DNA from: Minisyncoccota bacterium
GTDB lineage: Bacteria > Patescibacteriota > Minisyncoccia > UBA6257 > 2-01-FULL-56-20
Reading direction: 5' to 3'
Assembly (NCBI GenBank): GCA_035541435.1
Contig: DATKNL010000004.1
Span: 1 to 55,711, forward strand
DNA: 55,711 nucleotides
Shown here: one piece after another, positions 23,805 to 31,585 of the stretch
How the letters are laid out: each line of letters opens with the position of its first letter
How positions within the stretch are numbered: the stretch's first letter is position 1
Notes under the pieces: model-generated
Told to the model about the DNA's origin: nothing
Databases searched by the model: none
Seen by the model: only the letters and a program-made list of their open reading frames with translations
Program-made: the position numbers and the translations under genes

Positions 23805-24686
23805 GTGAAGCTAACCGACGTCCTGCCCTCATATCGGGCATCGTCCAACAGGGAAGCGCCGATTGAAGATGCGCATTTCTCAAACGAACCCGCAAGGCTG
23901 TTTGGCGTTTTCGACGGCGTTTCGGAAGCGTACAGCCCCGCCCATCCGTTCAGCTGGTACTTCGGAGAGTTGACGGGCGGGCAGATGGCCGCAAACGTGT
24001 TCCGCACCCGCGGAAGCAGCCAGCTGCCGTCCGTCGACGTCGAACGGTTCCTGCTGGAGGCAAACGAGGAAATCTTGGCGCGCCACCGGCAACACCACAA
24101 GGATCCCCTCCTCGGAGACGACGTCGGCGGAGGAGCGTTCGCCGTATGCCGTCTCGGCAAGGAACGGATCACCTTCGTCGTGGGGGCGGACTGTTTCGCT
24201 TTTTACAAACTCAACGGACGCTTCCATTTCATCACCAACTTCGACGAAGCCGCCTATGAAGTCGAGGATCGCAACAACCGATTCTTTGCCGAGTGCCTCG
24301 AACGAGCTGCCGGCAGCAAAGCCGTGGCGTTCGACCTCTTCTGGGAACGCTACCGGCTCAAGAGGATCAGCACCGCCAACAAGAACAAGGGGACGGGCGG
24401 ATTTGCCACGCTGAACGGCGATCCGAACGTGCGAAACCTCTGGACCGTCGAGACGATCGACGCCGAACCGTGCCCCGAAGCAATCCTTCTCGGGACTGAC
24501 GGCTGCTTGGCCTCGACCCTCACCGACCCCAGACATCGGCCTGAATTCATAGCCACATTCAGCGAGGTCTATGGGCGAGGAGGTATCAACGGCATCCGGG
24601 CGTGGCGCGATGTAGTTGAAAGCGCCGAACGACACGTCACGGCCCGCCACGAAGGCACGGCGCTTGAATTGAAATTGGAACCATAG
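23805..24686 (+). CDS. cassette 4: PP2C/SpoIIE-like protein phosphatase (divergent)
   Basis: 293 aa; AAAGGAGG + 6 nt + GTG; FGVFDGVS, VVGADC and LLGTDGC resemble PPM metal-binding motifs. Confidence 0.7.
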   Translation: MKLTDVLPSYRASSNREAPIEDAHFSNEPARLFGVFDGVSEAYSPAHPFSWYFGELTGGQMAANVFRTRGSSQLPSVDVERFLLEANEEILARHRQHHKDPLLGDDVGGGAFAVCRLGKERITFVVGADCFAFYKLNGRFHFITNFDEAAYEVEDRNNRFFAECLERAAGSKAVAFDLFWERYRLKRISTANKNKGTGGFATLNGDPNVRNLWTVETIDAEPCPEAILLGTDGCLASTLTDPRHRPEFIATFSEVYGRGGINGIRAWRDVVESAERHVTARHEGTALELKLEP

Positions 24687-24700
24687 CTCGTGCCACCAGT

Positions 24701-24731
24701 GCCCGCAAGGCAACATCTTGCGGGCTTTTTG
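24701..24731 (+). terminator. terminator after cassette 4
   Basis: GCCCGCAAG-gcaacat-CTTGCGGGC-TTTTT. Confidence 0.85.
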
Positions 24732-24774
24732 TTTCAGAAAGGTCTTAGCATCTTCCACTCGCCAGAGCTGACAA

Positions 24775-24804
24775 TTGACTTCCATCCGACAAATAAATTA
24801 CAAT
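24775..24804 (+). promoter_or_regulatory. cassette 5 promoter TTGACT-18-TACAAT
   Basis: direct read. Confidence 0.55.
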
Positions 24805-24840
24805 TTCTGCGGCCACTTGATTCTTGAATGGAGGTTCGCC

Positions 24841-25392
24841 GTGAAAATCGCGCGTCACACCAACTTCAACTTCGCCCATCGCTTGGTTGATATCCTGCCC
24901 ATGCCAAATCCACAAGGTTTGACAAGGAAACCAAGGGAAATTGACCTGCGTTTCTTCGCCTGCGTAAGATTTACGGATGCTTACAATGGCAGAGATTCCG
25001 TCATCGATGGCCTTGAAGGTACCATCTATCTCTATGGCAGCCAAGTTGTTTGGATCAGCTGGAAATCCTATGAAAACGGCAGGCGTATTGGCCCTTCGCG
25101 CGGCGAAGGCAACCTCCTGTACCGCAAAATGTTTGACGTTGCGCGTGCGTACCAAGATATCCTCAGGATTGCGCGTCGCAAATACCTACACGAACCACTC
25201 TCAGAGGAGGAAAATGAAAATCCTTCTCGAGCGGATTTCGTTTTGATCGAAGACGAGGCCTTCGCTGCGCTCAAGAAGCACCCTCAATACAAAAACCTCA
25301 TCAAGGAGCTCGGCCTTGTCGATATCGTCCGGGACCGCGACGGTTTCGTAGAGGTGAATGTTCGAAAACGTGATCGGGAACCCGCCGCTTAG
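24841..25392 (+). CDS. cassette 5: hypothetical protein (orphan)
   Basis: 183 aa from GTG 24841 (GGAGG 6 nt upstream); flanked by terminators at 24701-24731 and 25381-25409. Confidence 0.6.
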   Translation: MKIARHTNFNFAHRLVDILPMPNPQGLTRKPREIDLRFFACVRFTDAYNGRDSVIDGLEGTIYLYGSQVVWISWKSYENGRRIGPSRGEGNLLYRKMFDVARAYQDILRIARRKYLHEPLSEEENENPSRADFVLIEDEAFAALKKHPQYKNLIKELGLVDIVRDRDGFVEVNVRKRDREPAA

Positions 25393-25409
25393 GCGGGCTT
25401 CTTTTTTTC
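25381..25409 (+). terminator. terminator after cassette 5 (overlaps its stop codon)
   Basis: CCCGCC-gctta-GGCGGG followed by CTTCTTTTTTT. Confidence 0.75.
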
Positions 25410-25443
25410 AACGAGACTCCGACATCCTGAACCGAATATAAGA

Positions 25444-25449
25444 TATAAT
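25444..25449 (+). promoter_or_regulatory. -10 box TATAAT, 6 nt from ATG 25456 (ABC ATPase)
   Basis: direct read; just downstream of terminator 25381-25409. Confidence 0.55.
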
Positions 25450-25455
25450 GCTCAT

Positions 25456-26196
25456 ATGTCCGTCCTCGAAGTAAAGGATCTGACGAAGACATATGGCACA
25501 AACCCCGCCGTCAAGGGAATCTCCTTTTCGGTTGCGCGGAACGAGATCGTGGGGCTTCTCGGTCCGAACGGAGCCGGAAAGACAACCACCATCGACATGA
25601 TCCTCGGCGTCCTCGAACCGACCAGCGGAACGATAACCATCGAGGGCAACGACGTCGCCCGCAAGAAGAGCGAGGCTCTTGCCGTGACGAATTTCGCCGC
25701 CGTATACGCCCAGCTTCCGGGCAACCACACGGTTCATGAGAACCTCAACATCTTCGGACTCCTCTATGGCGTGCCGAACCGCGAGCGGCGCATCGACGAA
25801 GTCATCAGGGAGTTCGACCTTGAACCGTTCAGGAATACGCGGTGCGGCGTGCTCTCGTCGGGCGAGCAAACGCGGGTCAGCCTCGCCAAAGCGACGATAA
25901 ACAGTCCTCATCTGCTCCTCCTTGACGAGCCAACGGCATCGCTCGACCCTTCAACCGCACAGACCATCCGTCAGAAGATCAAGGGGTATGCGGCGAAGGG
26001 CATCGGCGGCGTCCTTTGGACATCGCACAACATGCAGGAGGTCGCGGACGTCTGCAACCGCATCCTGTTCCTTTCGCACGGCAGGATCCTCCTCGAGGGC
26101 GACCCCCGGACGCTGCCGCACGAGCACGGCAAAAAAGACCTTGAAGAGCTTTTCATCTCGATCGCCCGCGAACCCCTCCTTCACGAATCCCTCTAA
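25456..26196 (+). CDS. ABC transporter ATP-binding protein (ABC-2 exporter type)
   Basis: Walker A GPNGAGKTT, signature LSSGEQTRV, Walker B LLLLDEPT. Confidence 0.9.
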   Translation: MSVLEVKDLTKTYGTNPAVKGISFSVARNEIVGLLGPNGAGKTTTIDMILGVLEPTSGTITIEGNDVARKKSEALAVTNFAAVYAQLPGNHTVHENLNIFGLLYGVPNRERRIDEVIREFDLEPFRNTRCGVLSSGEQTRVSLAKATINSPHLLLLDEPTASLDPSTAQTIRQKIKGYAAKGIGGVLWTSHNMQEVADVCNRILFLSHGRILLEGDPRTLPHEHGKKDLEELFISIAREPLLHESL

Positions 26197-26202
26197 GCGA
26201 TC

Positions 26203-27006
26203 ATGAACGCCCAACGAGTTTACGCGATATTCCTCCGTCAGTGGTATCTCATCCGCGGCAACGCCACGCGCTTCGTTCAGATGTTCATCTGGATAACCGT
26301 CGACATCGTGATGTGGGGATTCCTGAGCAGATACCTTGGCGGCATATCCGGATCGGGATTCAATTTCATATCGGTGTTCCTGGGGGCGATCCTGCTTTGG
26401 GATTTCCTCATTCAGATCATGCAGGGCATCACCATGTCGTTCTTCGAAGACGTCTGGTCGCGCAACTTCCTGAACATCTTCGCCTCGCCGATCAGGATTT
26501 CCGAATATGTGGCAGGGTTCACGCTCGCGAGCATCCTCCGCGGCATCATCGCACTGGCGGTCATGCTCGTTCTCGCTTCGGCGATGTTCGGATTTTCAGC
26601 CCTCATCTATGGAGCCGCCATCTCGTTGTTCCTTCTTGTTCTCTTTCTCTCGGGCGTCGCGCTCGGCATCGTCGCCGTGAGCATCGTGCTGCGCCTGGGT
26701 CCGGCGGCGGAATGGTTCATCTGGCCGATCCCCGCCCTGCTCTCGCCGTTCGTCGGCGTACTCTATCCCCTCACCGTCTTGCCGGCATGGATGCAATTTA
26801 TCGGCCATCTGCTCCCTCCATCTTACGTTTTCGCGGGAGTTCGCACCATCGTGAGCGGCGGAGCATTCCCGGGAACAGAATTATTACTCGGCATCGTTTT
26901 GGCGCTTCTCTATATCGTCCTCGCCTATTTCATGCTGATGACGGTCTATAAGAAAGCTATCCGCAGCGGATTGATCGCCCGGTATAGCGCCGAGACGGTA
27001 AATTAA
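26203..27006 (+). CDS. ABC-2 type transporter permease
   Basis: 267 aa, six predicted TM segments, 6 nt after the ATPase gene. Confidence 0.85.
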   Translation: MNAQRVYAIFLRQWYLIRGNATRFVQMFIWITVDIVMWGFLSRYLGGISGSGFNFISVFLGAILLWDFLIQIMQGITMSFFEDVWSRNFLNIFASPIRISEYVAGFTLASILRGIIALAVMLVLASAMFGFSALIYGAAISLFLLVLFLSGVALGIVAVSIVLRLGPAAEWFIWPIPALLSPFVGVLYPLTVLPAWMQFIGHLLPPSYVFAGVRTIVSGGAFPGTELLLGIVLALLYIVLAYFMLMTVYKKAIRSGLIARYSAETVN

Positions 27007-27034
27007 TTGCCCCTCCAAGCCTCTCATTCAAGCG

Positions 27035-27715
27035 ATGGACAACCTCTACGTTCAGACCATCCGCGCGTCGATCTCCGGAATGCTGGTATTCCTGGGCATC
27101 CTTTTCATTCCGGCATGGACGTTCGCCTATTGGCAGGGCTGGGCATTCTTCGCCACGTTCGGCGCGTCCGCCACGCTGCTCACGCTGTACATGGCGGTCT
27201 ATGACAAAAAATTGCTCGAACGCCGCCTGCACGCCGGACCAGGAGCAGAAAAAACACCCGCCCAGAAGGTCATCATGACCTTCGCCATGGCCGCCTTCGT
27301 CGCCTCGGTCGTCATCCCCGTCCTCGACCATCGCTTCTCATGGTCGCCCGCGGTGCCGTCATATCTTTCGATCATCGGCGACGCGTGCGTCGCCTTCTCT
27401 TTTATAATGATATTCCTCGTCCTGCGAGCCAACAGCTATGCCGCCTCGACCATTCAGGTCGACTCGGAGCAGAAAGTCATTTCGACGGGACCCTATGCCG
27501 TGGTTCGCCACCCCATGTACGCAGGCGCCCTGCCCATTTTCATCATGACACCGATCGCCCTCGGTTCCTGGTGGGGACTGATTTTCGTTCCTCTTTTCAT
27601 TCCGGTGCTCATCCTGCGGCTGCTTGATGAGGAAAAATTCCTGCGAAAGAACCTTCCGGGTTATGCGGAGTATGCCACGAAGACGCGCTGGCGCCTCATA
27701 CCGGGAATCTTTTGA
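27035..27715 (+). CDS. isoprenylcysteine carboxyl methyltransferase (ICMT)/PEMT-family membrane methyltransferase
   Basis: 226 aa multi-TM; GPYAVVRHPMYAG motif. Confidence 0.8.
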   Translation: MDNLYVQTIRASISGMLVFLGILFIPAWTFAYWQGWAFFATFGASATLLTLYMAVYDKKLLERRLHAGPGAEKTPAQKVIMTFAMAAFVASVVIPVLDHRFSWSPAVPSYLSIIGDACVAFSFIMIFLVLRANSYAASTIQVDSEQKVISTGPYAVVRHPMYAGALPIFIMTPIALGSWWGLIFVPLFIPVLILRLLDEEKFLRKNLPGYAEYATKTRWRLIPGIF

Positions 27716-27773
27716 TGGCGGCTGCTTGAGGTGAGAATATTGAGCTTCCCGTCGGCAGCAACCTGCCGAAACC

Positions 27774-27803
27774 AAAAGAAAAAGCTGCCTTCATCAGGCA
27801 GCT
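27774..27803 (-). terminator. terminator after 27825-28157
   Basis: AGCTGCCT-tcatc-AGGCAGCT preceded on plus by an A-run. Confidence 0.65.
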
Positions 27804-27824
27804 CGGCAAGGAGCAGTCCGCTCC

Positions 27825-28157
27825 TCAGCACGGTTGAAACTCGACTTCTTCCCGCTGGAACCCCAACGCCCTGATCGCCTCAAGGCTCGGCTGCCTGAGA
27901 TCGAAGAGGAGGTCGTATTGGTCCTGAAATTTTTGATGAAGCCCTGCAACGACGTCGCGAAGCGTCTTGCCGTTTGCGGCGGCGCCGCCATGTTCGGGAT
28001 CGCCGATGAACGAGCGAAAGGATCTTTCTCCCGTGCGCTCGATGGTGATCGTGGGAAAGGGCTCCCCATCCCACAGCACCCAATGTTCAAACTTGACCAC
28101 CCTGCCGCCCTTCACGGTTATGGTGTCCGGTGGCAGTTTCGCAGTCTGGTTCATCAT
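27825..28157 (-). CDS. hypothetical protein (110 aa)
   Basis: Start at ATG 28157 (AAGGAG 8 nt upstream); terminator at 27774-27803. Confidence 0.55.
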   Translation of the reverse strand: MMNQTAKLPPDTITVKGGRVVKFEHWVLWDGEPFPTITIERTGERSFRSFIGDPEHGGAAANGKTLRDVVAGLHQKFQDQYDLLFDLRQPSLEAIRALGFQREEVEFQPC

Positions 28158-28280
28158 ATGTCCGATTCTCCTTCCGTGAGCTGGGAACATCCTAATATGG
28201 CAGGTTGCCGTTGTCTAGCGGCACCCTCACCCGTCGGAGCACGTTCCACGCGATCACCCAGGCAGCAGGATGCGCTCATT

Positions 28281-28311
28281 AAAAAAACCCGCCGATCCCT
28301 GGCGGGTTTTT
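28281..28311. terminator. bidirectional terminator after the patatin gene
   Basis: AAAAAAA-CCCGCC-gatccct-GGCGGG-TTTTT. Confidence 0.75.
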
Positions 28312-29144
28312 CACTCCCTAAGCCAGCGCTCCAGGCGCTGGAGCACGGTTCCGCGTTTCTCGCCGAGCAGTTTTTCGATCTCCGCGATCTTGTGCGCGGC
28401 GGCGCGATAGCCGTGGTCGGCGAGCTCCTGCCCCTTCTGGAAATCGGACGACGCGTATTCCTCGAGGTGGGGCTCTATCATCACCTCGTTCTCGAGCGGC
28501 GGTATGGTGTAACGCGACATGATGCTGATCGACCGGTCCATGATGTCGAGAATGTTGCCCGGGATCTTCTTCGGCATCCATCGCGACAGGTTGACGCCGA
28601 CGCGCACGTCCGCACCCATCGAGACAAGCGGCGACATCGGGACGTTCTCGAGCAGTCCCCCGTCCACAAGCAAGTCGTTCCCGATCACGACCGGCGTGAA
28701 GACGATGGGGATCGCGGCGCTCGCCCGGACCGCCTGCAGGACGCTGCCGCTCCGGTACACGACCTTCTCCCCGGTGCTGATGTCGGCAGCGACGATCGCG
28801 AGCGGCATCCTGGCGTCTTCGATGCGGTGGTCGCCGCCGATCAGGCCCTTCACGACGCCGGCGAGGGCTTCGTTCGAAATGATCCCGAGCTTCGAGGGCG
28901 AGAACTTCGAGATCGACCGCCAGCTCAGTTTCTCGGCGGTCGTCCGCATCGTTTCGATCGAGACGCCGAACGCATAGCAGGCAGCCACGACCGCGCCCGC
29001 GCTCGTGCCCGCGATGCAGTCGATGGGGATCGCGCGGTCATGAAAGCACTGCAGGACGCCGAGATGCGCGTTTCCGAGCGCCGATCCGCCTCCGAGCGCA
29101 AGGCCAAGCCGCTTTTTCATCTCTTCATTATAGCCCGCCGCCAT
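28311..29144 (-). CDS. patatin-like phospholipase
   Basis: GGGSALG oxyanion motif, GTSAG (GxSxG) serine and DGG aspartate; start at ATG 29144 with AAGGAG 5 nt upstream (the long ORF extension is discarded). Confidence 0.85.
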   Translation of the reverse strand: MAAGYNEEMKKRLGLALGGGSALGNAHLGVLQCFHDRAIPIDCIAGTSAGAVVAACYAFGVSIETMRTTAEKLSWRSISKFSPSKLGIISNEALAGVVKGLIGGDHRIEDARMPLAIVAADISTGEKVVYRSGSVLQAVRASAAIPIVFTPVVIGNDLLVDGGLLENVPMSPLVSMGADVRVGVNLSRWMPKKIPGNILDIMDRSISIMSRYTIPPLENEVMIEPHLEEYASSDFQKGQELADHGYRAAAHKIAEIEKLLGEKRGTVLQRLERWLRE

Positions 29145-29212
29145 TTGAGCTCCTTGTCTTTTCGCAGCGCGAGACGCATACTCTACCGCAGGATCAGGCA
29201 GGGGGATTTGAC

Positions 29213-29410
29213 ATGAAGAAGGAAAACCGCTGGCAATGCGAATCAGGCAGGCACTCAGGCGCCATCGAAGCAAATGACGATTTGCTTCTTGAAGCGCTTC
29301 GACTATTTCACGAAAGAGGCGGCAAGGGGCCGTTGATCGTTCCCGAAAGCAGCTGCCCGGAGTGCTCCCCCATCGAAACAGAACCCATAACTCCCCGAAA
29401 GCCCCATTGA
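29213..29410 (+). CDS. possible small protein (65 aa)
   Basis: GGGGGA 6 nt upstream of ATG; hairpin CCCCAT-TGAAAG-ATGGGG overlaps the stop; no homology signal. Confidence 0.3.
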   Translation: MKKENRWQCESGRHSGAIEANDDLLLEALRLFHERGGKGPLIVPESSCPECSPIETEPITPRKPH

Positions 29411-29475
29411 AAGATGGGGCGTTGTTTATCTTTAGACCGATTGCGTGGATGGAGCTGATAAAAGACAACCCACCG

Positions 29476-29484
29476 TGGTATGCT
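29476..29484 (+). promoter_or_regulatory. extended -10 TGGTATGCT, 6 nt from ATG 29491
   Basis: direct read. Confidence 0.45.
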
Positions 29485-29490
29485 TGCCTT

Positions 29491-29820
29491 ATGACCGAAC
29501 GACTGCCGCGATCTGAATTTTCAGAGGCGGAACAAGCCCTCATCGCGAACCTCCGGGAAAAGGGACCGGCGGATCCGGAAACGCGACGGATGCTTCTCGA
29601 ATGGTGCGACGAAGAAGAAGCGAAGGTCGCCGAGATCAACACGTCCCGAGCGGGCATCGAGCTCGATCTCAAGAAAGCAAGGATCTATCAGGCATCCGGA
29701 TTTCACGAAGAAGCTTGGGCCAGCCTGGAGGCGGCAAGAACCGCTGCCCACAACGAAAATGCCGAGGATCTTTTCAACGAAGCTGAAGCGCTTATGAATG
29801 AGATGGATCAGGAGCGTTAG
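29491..29820 (+). CDS. hypothetical acidic helical protein (109 aa)
   Basis: ATG 29491 lies 6 nt after TGGTATGCT; coding-like composition. Confidence 0.5.
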   Translation: MTERLPRSEFSEAEQALIANLREKGPADPETRRMLLEWCDEEEAKVAEINTSRAGIELDLKKARIYQASGFHEEAWASLEAARTAAHNENAEDLFNEAEALMNEMDQER

Positions 29821-29834
29821 GTCCGATCCCTGCG

Positions 29835-29840
29835 TATCAT
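29835..29840 (+). promoter_or_regulatory. -10 box TATCAT, 6 nt from ATG 29847
   Basis: direct read. Confidence 0.45.
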
Positions 29841-29846
29841 TTCTTT

Positions 29847-30059
29847 ATGGCAAAGGCATACGTCAAATATCACGCCGATGGGACGCTCTGGGCCAAGGGC
29901 GGCAGGATGATCCAAGGCAAACCCGACGGTTTCTTCAAATGGTTTCGCAAAGACGGAAGCCTGATGCGTTCGGGCCATTTCAAAAAGGGAAAGCAGGTCG
30001 GCGCCTGGACGACCTATGACAAGAAAGGGAAGGTCGTCAAAGTCACCCACTTCGATTAG
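29847..30059 (+). CDS. MORN-repeat-variant (YwqK-like) small protein
   Basis: 70 aa with repeated G-x-W-x-x-[YF]-x-x-x-G-like units (DGTLWAKG, PDGFFKWFRKDGS, GAWTTYDKKGK). Confidence 0.65.
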   Translation: MAKAYVKYHADGTLWAKGGRMIQGKPDGFFKWFRKDGSLMRSGHFKKGKQVGAWTTYDKKGKVVKVTHFD

Positions 30060-30071
30060 GCTGGCCGCTCG

Positions 30072-30080
30072 TGCTATAAT
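30072..30080 (+). promoter_or_regulatory. extended -10 TGCTATAAT, 6 nt from ATG 30087
   Basis: direct read. Confidence 0.6.
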
Positions 30081-30086
30081 GAGGCC

Positions 30087-30302
30087 ATGCAAAGGATAGC
30101 CACCCGCATCTTCATCTGCGCTTCGATCGCGTTCGGCATCATCGGGATCCTGCTCGTGTCCGGTTCCGGCTTCGGACCGAACAGTTCGGACGCTTCGGAA
30201 CCCAACGCAACCCTGATCAGGCTTCTCTTCGCGACCGTCTTCATCATCTTGCCCTCGTTCGCCTTGAGCGTTGCCGGAAAATACCTGAACGGCAAATCCT
30301 AA
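30087..30302 (+). CDS. small membrane protein (71 aa, 2 TM)
   Basis: TGCTATAAT 6 nt upstream of ATG; two hydrophobic helices. Confidence 0.55.
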   Translation: MQRIATRIFICASIAFGIIGILLVSGSGFGPNSSDASEPNATLIRLLFATVFIILPSFALSVAGKYLNGKS

Positions 30303-30306
30303 CGGC

Positions 30307-30987
30307 TTAGCGTTTCGGCGCAAGCGGATGCTGCTTCAGGAGGTGGGCGTAATAGAGCAGGTTGCGGGCGAGATTCTGCGCCATGTGCGGCGTGGCCTGG
30401 TTCTTCAGGCGCCGCTCGCGATCGGTCGCCGGCGGCTGGCCGACCTCCCCGACCCAATACGCCGCGCACTCCGGCGGCAGGGTGAATCCCATCCAGGTGA
30501 GAACCATCATGATCGTTCCCATCGTCGACAGCGCGCCATCCTCGCTTCCCGTGATCACGACGCCGGCAACTTTGTTATAAAACGCGCTCCGGCCCTCGGC
30601 GATGTATTCCTCGTCGAACGCATCGAGGCGCTCGATCACCCGCTGCATCAGGCTTGACCGGCCGCCCCACCAGATGGGCGTGGCGAAGATGACGATGTCA
30701 GCTTTCCGAAGCTTGCCCGCGATCTCGGGCCATTCGTCGGCGTCGTTCTCTTTGAACTTCAGGCCGACCGGAATGTTCTTGTCGGCAAGACGGACCATCT
30801 CAGCCTCGACCTTCCCCGGCTCGATCTCGTTCATGCGGTCGATTACGAGCTGCGCGACCTCCCCGGTGTTCGAGACGTCATCGTTTGCGTGCTTCAGCGA
30901 CGCGTTCAGCACGAGTACGTTGATTTTTGCATCGTCCGGCTTGCAGTTCGGCATGTCGCAGCCGAACGAAGGCTTGGTTTTGTTCAT
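30307..30987 (-). CDS. flavodoxin-like fold NAD(P)H-dependent FMN reductase family protein
   Basis: INVLVLNASLKH and ADIVIFATPIWWGG motifs; start set at MNKTK (ATG 30987) with TATAAT 6 nt upstream. Confidence 0.8.
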   Translation of the reverse strand: MNKTKPSFGCDMPNCKPDDAKINVLVLNASLKHANDDVSNTGEVAQLVIDRMNEIEPGKVEAEMVRLADKNIPVGLKFKENDADEWPEIAGKLRKADIVIFATPIWWGGRSSLMQRVIERLDAFDEEYIAEGRSAFYNKVAGVVITGSEDGALSTMGTIMMVLTWMGFTLPPECAAYWVGEVGQPPATDRERRLKNQATPHMAQNLARNLLYYAHLLKQHPLAPKR

Positions 30988-30993
30988 GCATTC

Positions 30994-30999
30994 ATTATA
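30994..30999 (-). promoter_or_regulatory. -10 box TATAAT, 6 nt from ATG 30987 (FMN reductase-like)
   Basis: rc of attata. Confidence 0.55.
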
Positions 31000-31042
31000 C
31001 GTCATCGGTTCGTCCCGGAAGATTGAAACCCGCGCCAATCCC

Positions 31043-31051
31043 TGGCATACT
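31043..31051 (+). promoter_or_regulatory. extended -10 TGGCATACT, 6 nt from ATG 31058
   Basis: direct read. Confidence 0.45.
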
Positions 31052-31057
31052 TACCGC

Positions 31058-31528
31058 ATGAGCTTCGAAACCATGCCAACCAGCGAAGAGGGGCCGAAAC
31101 CCATCCCTCCCCAGGAACTCGCGAATCCGGCAGCGGACCGCGAAGCCACGGGCTATGCCGCCGACCGCGCGGCGGACCTCATCGAACAGCACGCGAGCTT
31201 CAGCCGTGCGGCCTTCGAGGGCAACCTCACCATGGACTACCTTGACCATATGGTCGACAAGACCCCGGCCGAAATAAAGGATCAGGCGGACCGGCTCGTG
31301 AACGACGTCCTTGCCCGCTACCTGAACCGGCAGATCGGGGAGGGGCTCCGCGCGGGCGTCCTCAAAGACATCCTTTCCGTACTCGAGAAGGATATGCGCG
31401 ACACGCAACTCAGCCAGGCGGCGAGCCCCGATCTCGTGCGCCGGCAGCAGCTGTTCTTGGGCGAGGTGCGCAACCAGCTTGAACCGATGCTCGCGAAGCT
31501 GGAGCACAAGGAGAAGCCGCAAAGTTAG
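31058..31528 (+). CDS. hypothetical protein (156 aa)
   Basis: ATG 31058 lies 6 nt after TGGCATACT; the upstream part of ORF 30602-31528 is antisense shadow of the reductase gene. Confidence 0.55.
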   Translation: MSFETMPTSEEGPKPIPPQELANPAADREATGYAADRAADLIEQHASFSRAAFEGNLTMDYLDHMVDKTPAEIKDQADRLVNDVLARYLNRQIGEGLRAGVLKDILSVLEKDMRDTQLSQAASPDLVRRQQLFLGEVRNQLEPMLAKLEHKEKPQS

Positions 31529-31573
31529 GCCTATCAATCGGGACGATGGCAACGCGGTCCTTTTTATTTGCTC

Positions 31574-31579
31574 TATAAT
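31574..31579 (+). promoter_or_regulatory. -10 box TATAAT, 6 nt from ATG 31586
   Basis: direct read. Confidence 0.55.
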
Positions 31580-31585
31580 AATGGG

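Noticed and set aside
23880-25155. Minus-strand ORFs 23880-24785 (301 aa) and 24745-25155 (136 aa) as alternatives to cassettes 4 and 5
   Set aside because: The promoters, SDs and terminators are all oriented for the plus strand. PP2C-like motifs are read on the plus strand. The minus-strand ORFs run straight through the terminator hairpins.
21495-25410. Integron or CALIN (attC array) explanation for the cassette array
   Set aside because: No intI gene is present. I found no paired R''(RYYYAAC)/R'(GTTRRRY) inverted core sites. Each unit also has its own promoter and rho-independent terminator, unlike promoterless integron cassettes. The lone GTTAGGC at 23684-23690 is simply the terminator loop and stem.
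28311-30059. CBASS-like or toxin-antitoxin interpretation of patatin and the YwqK/MORN-like small protein
   Set aside because: No CD-NTase or cyclase, no sensor and no toxin partner are adjacent. The genes are separately transcribed, with terminators between them. The MORN 'antitoxin' label is only a family naming convention.
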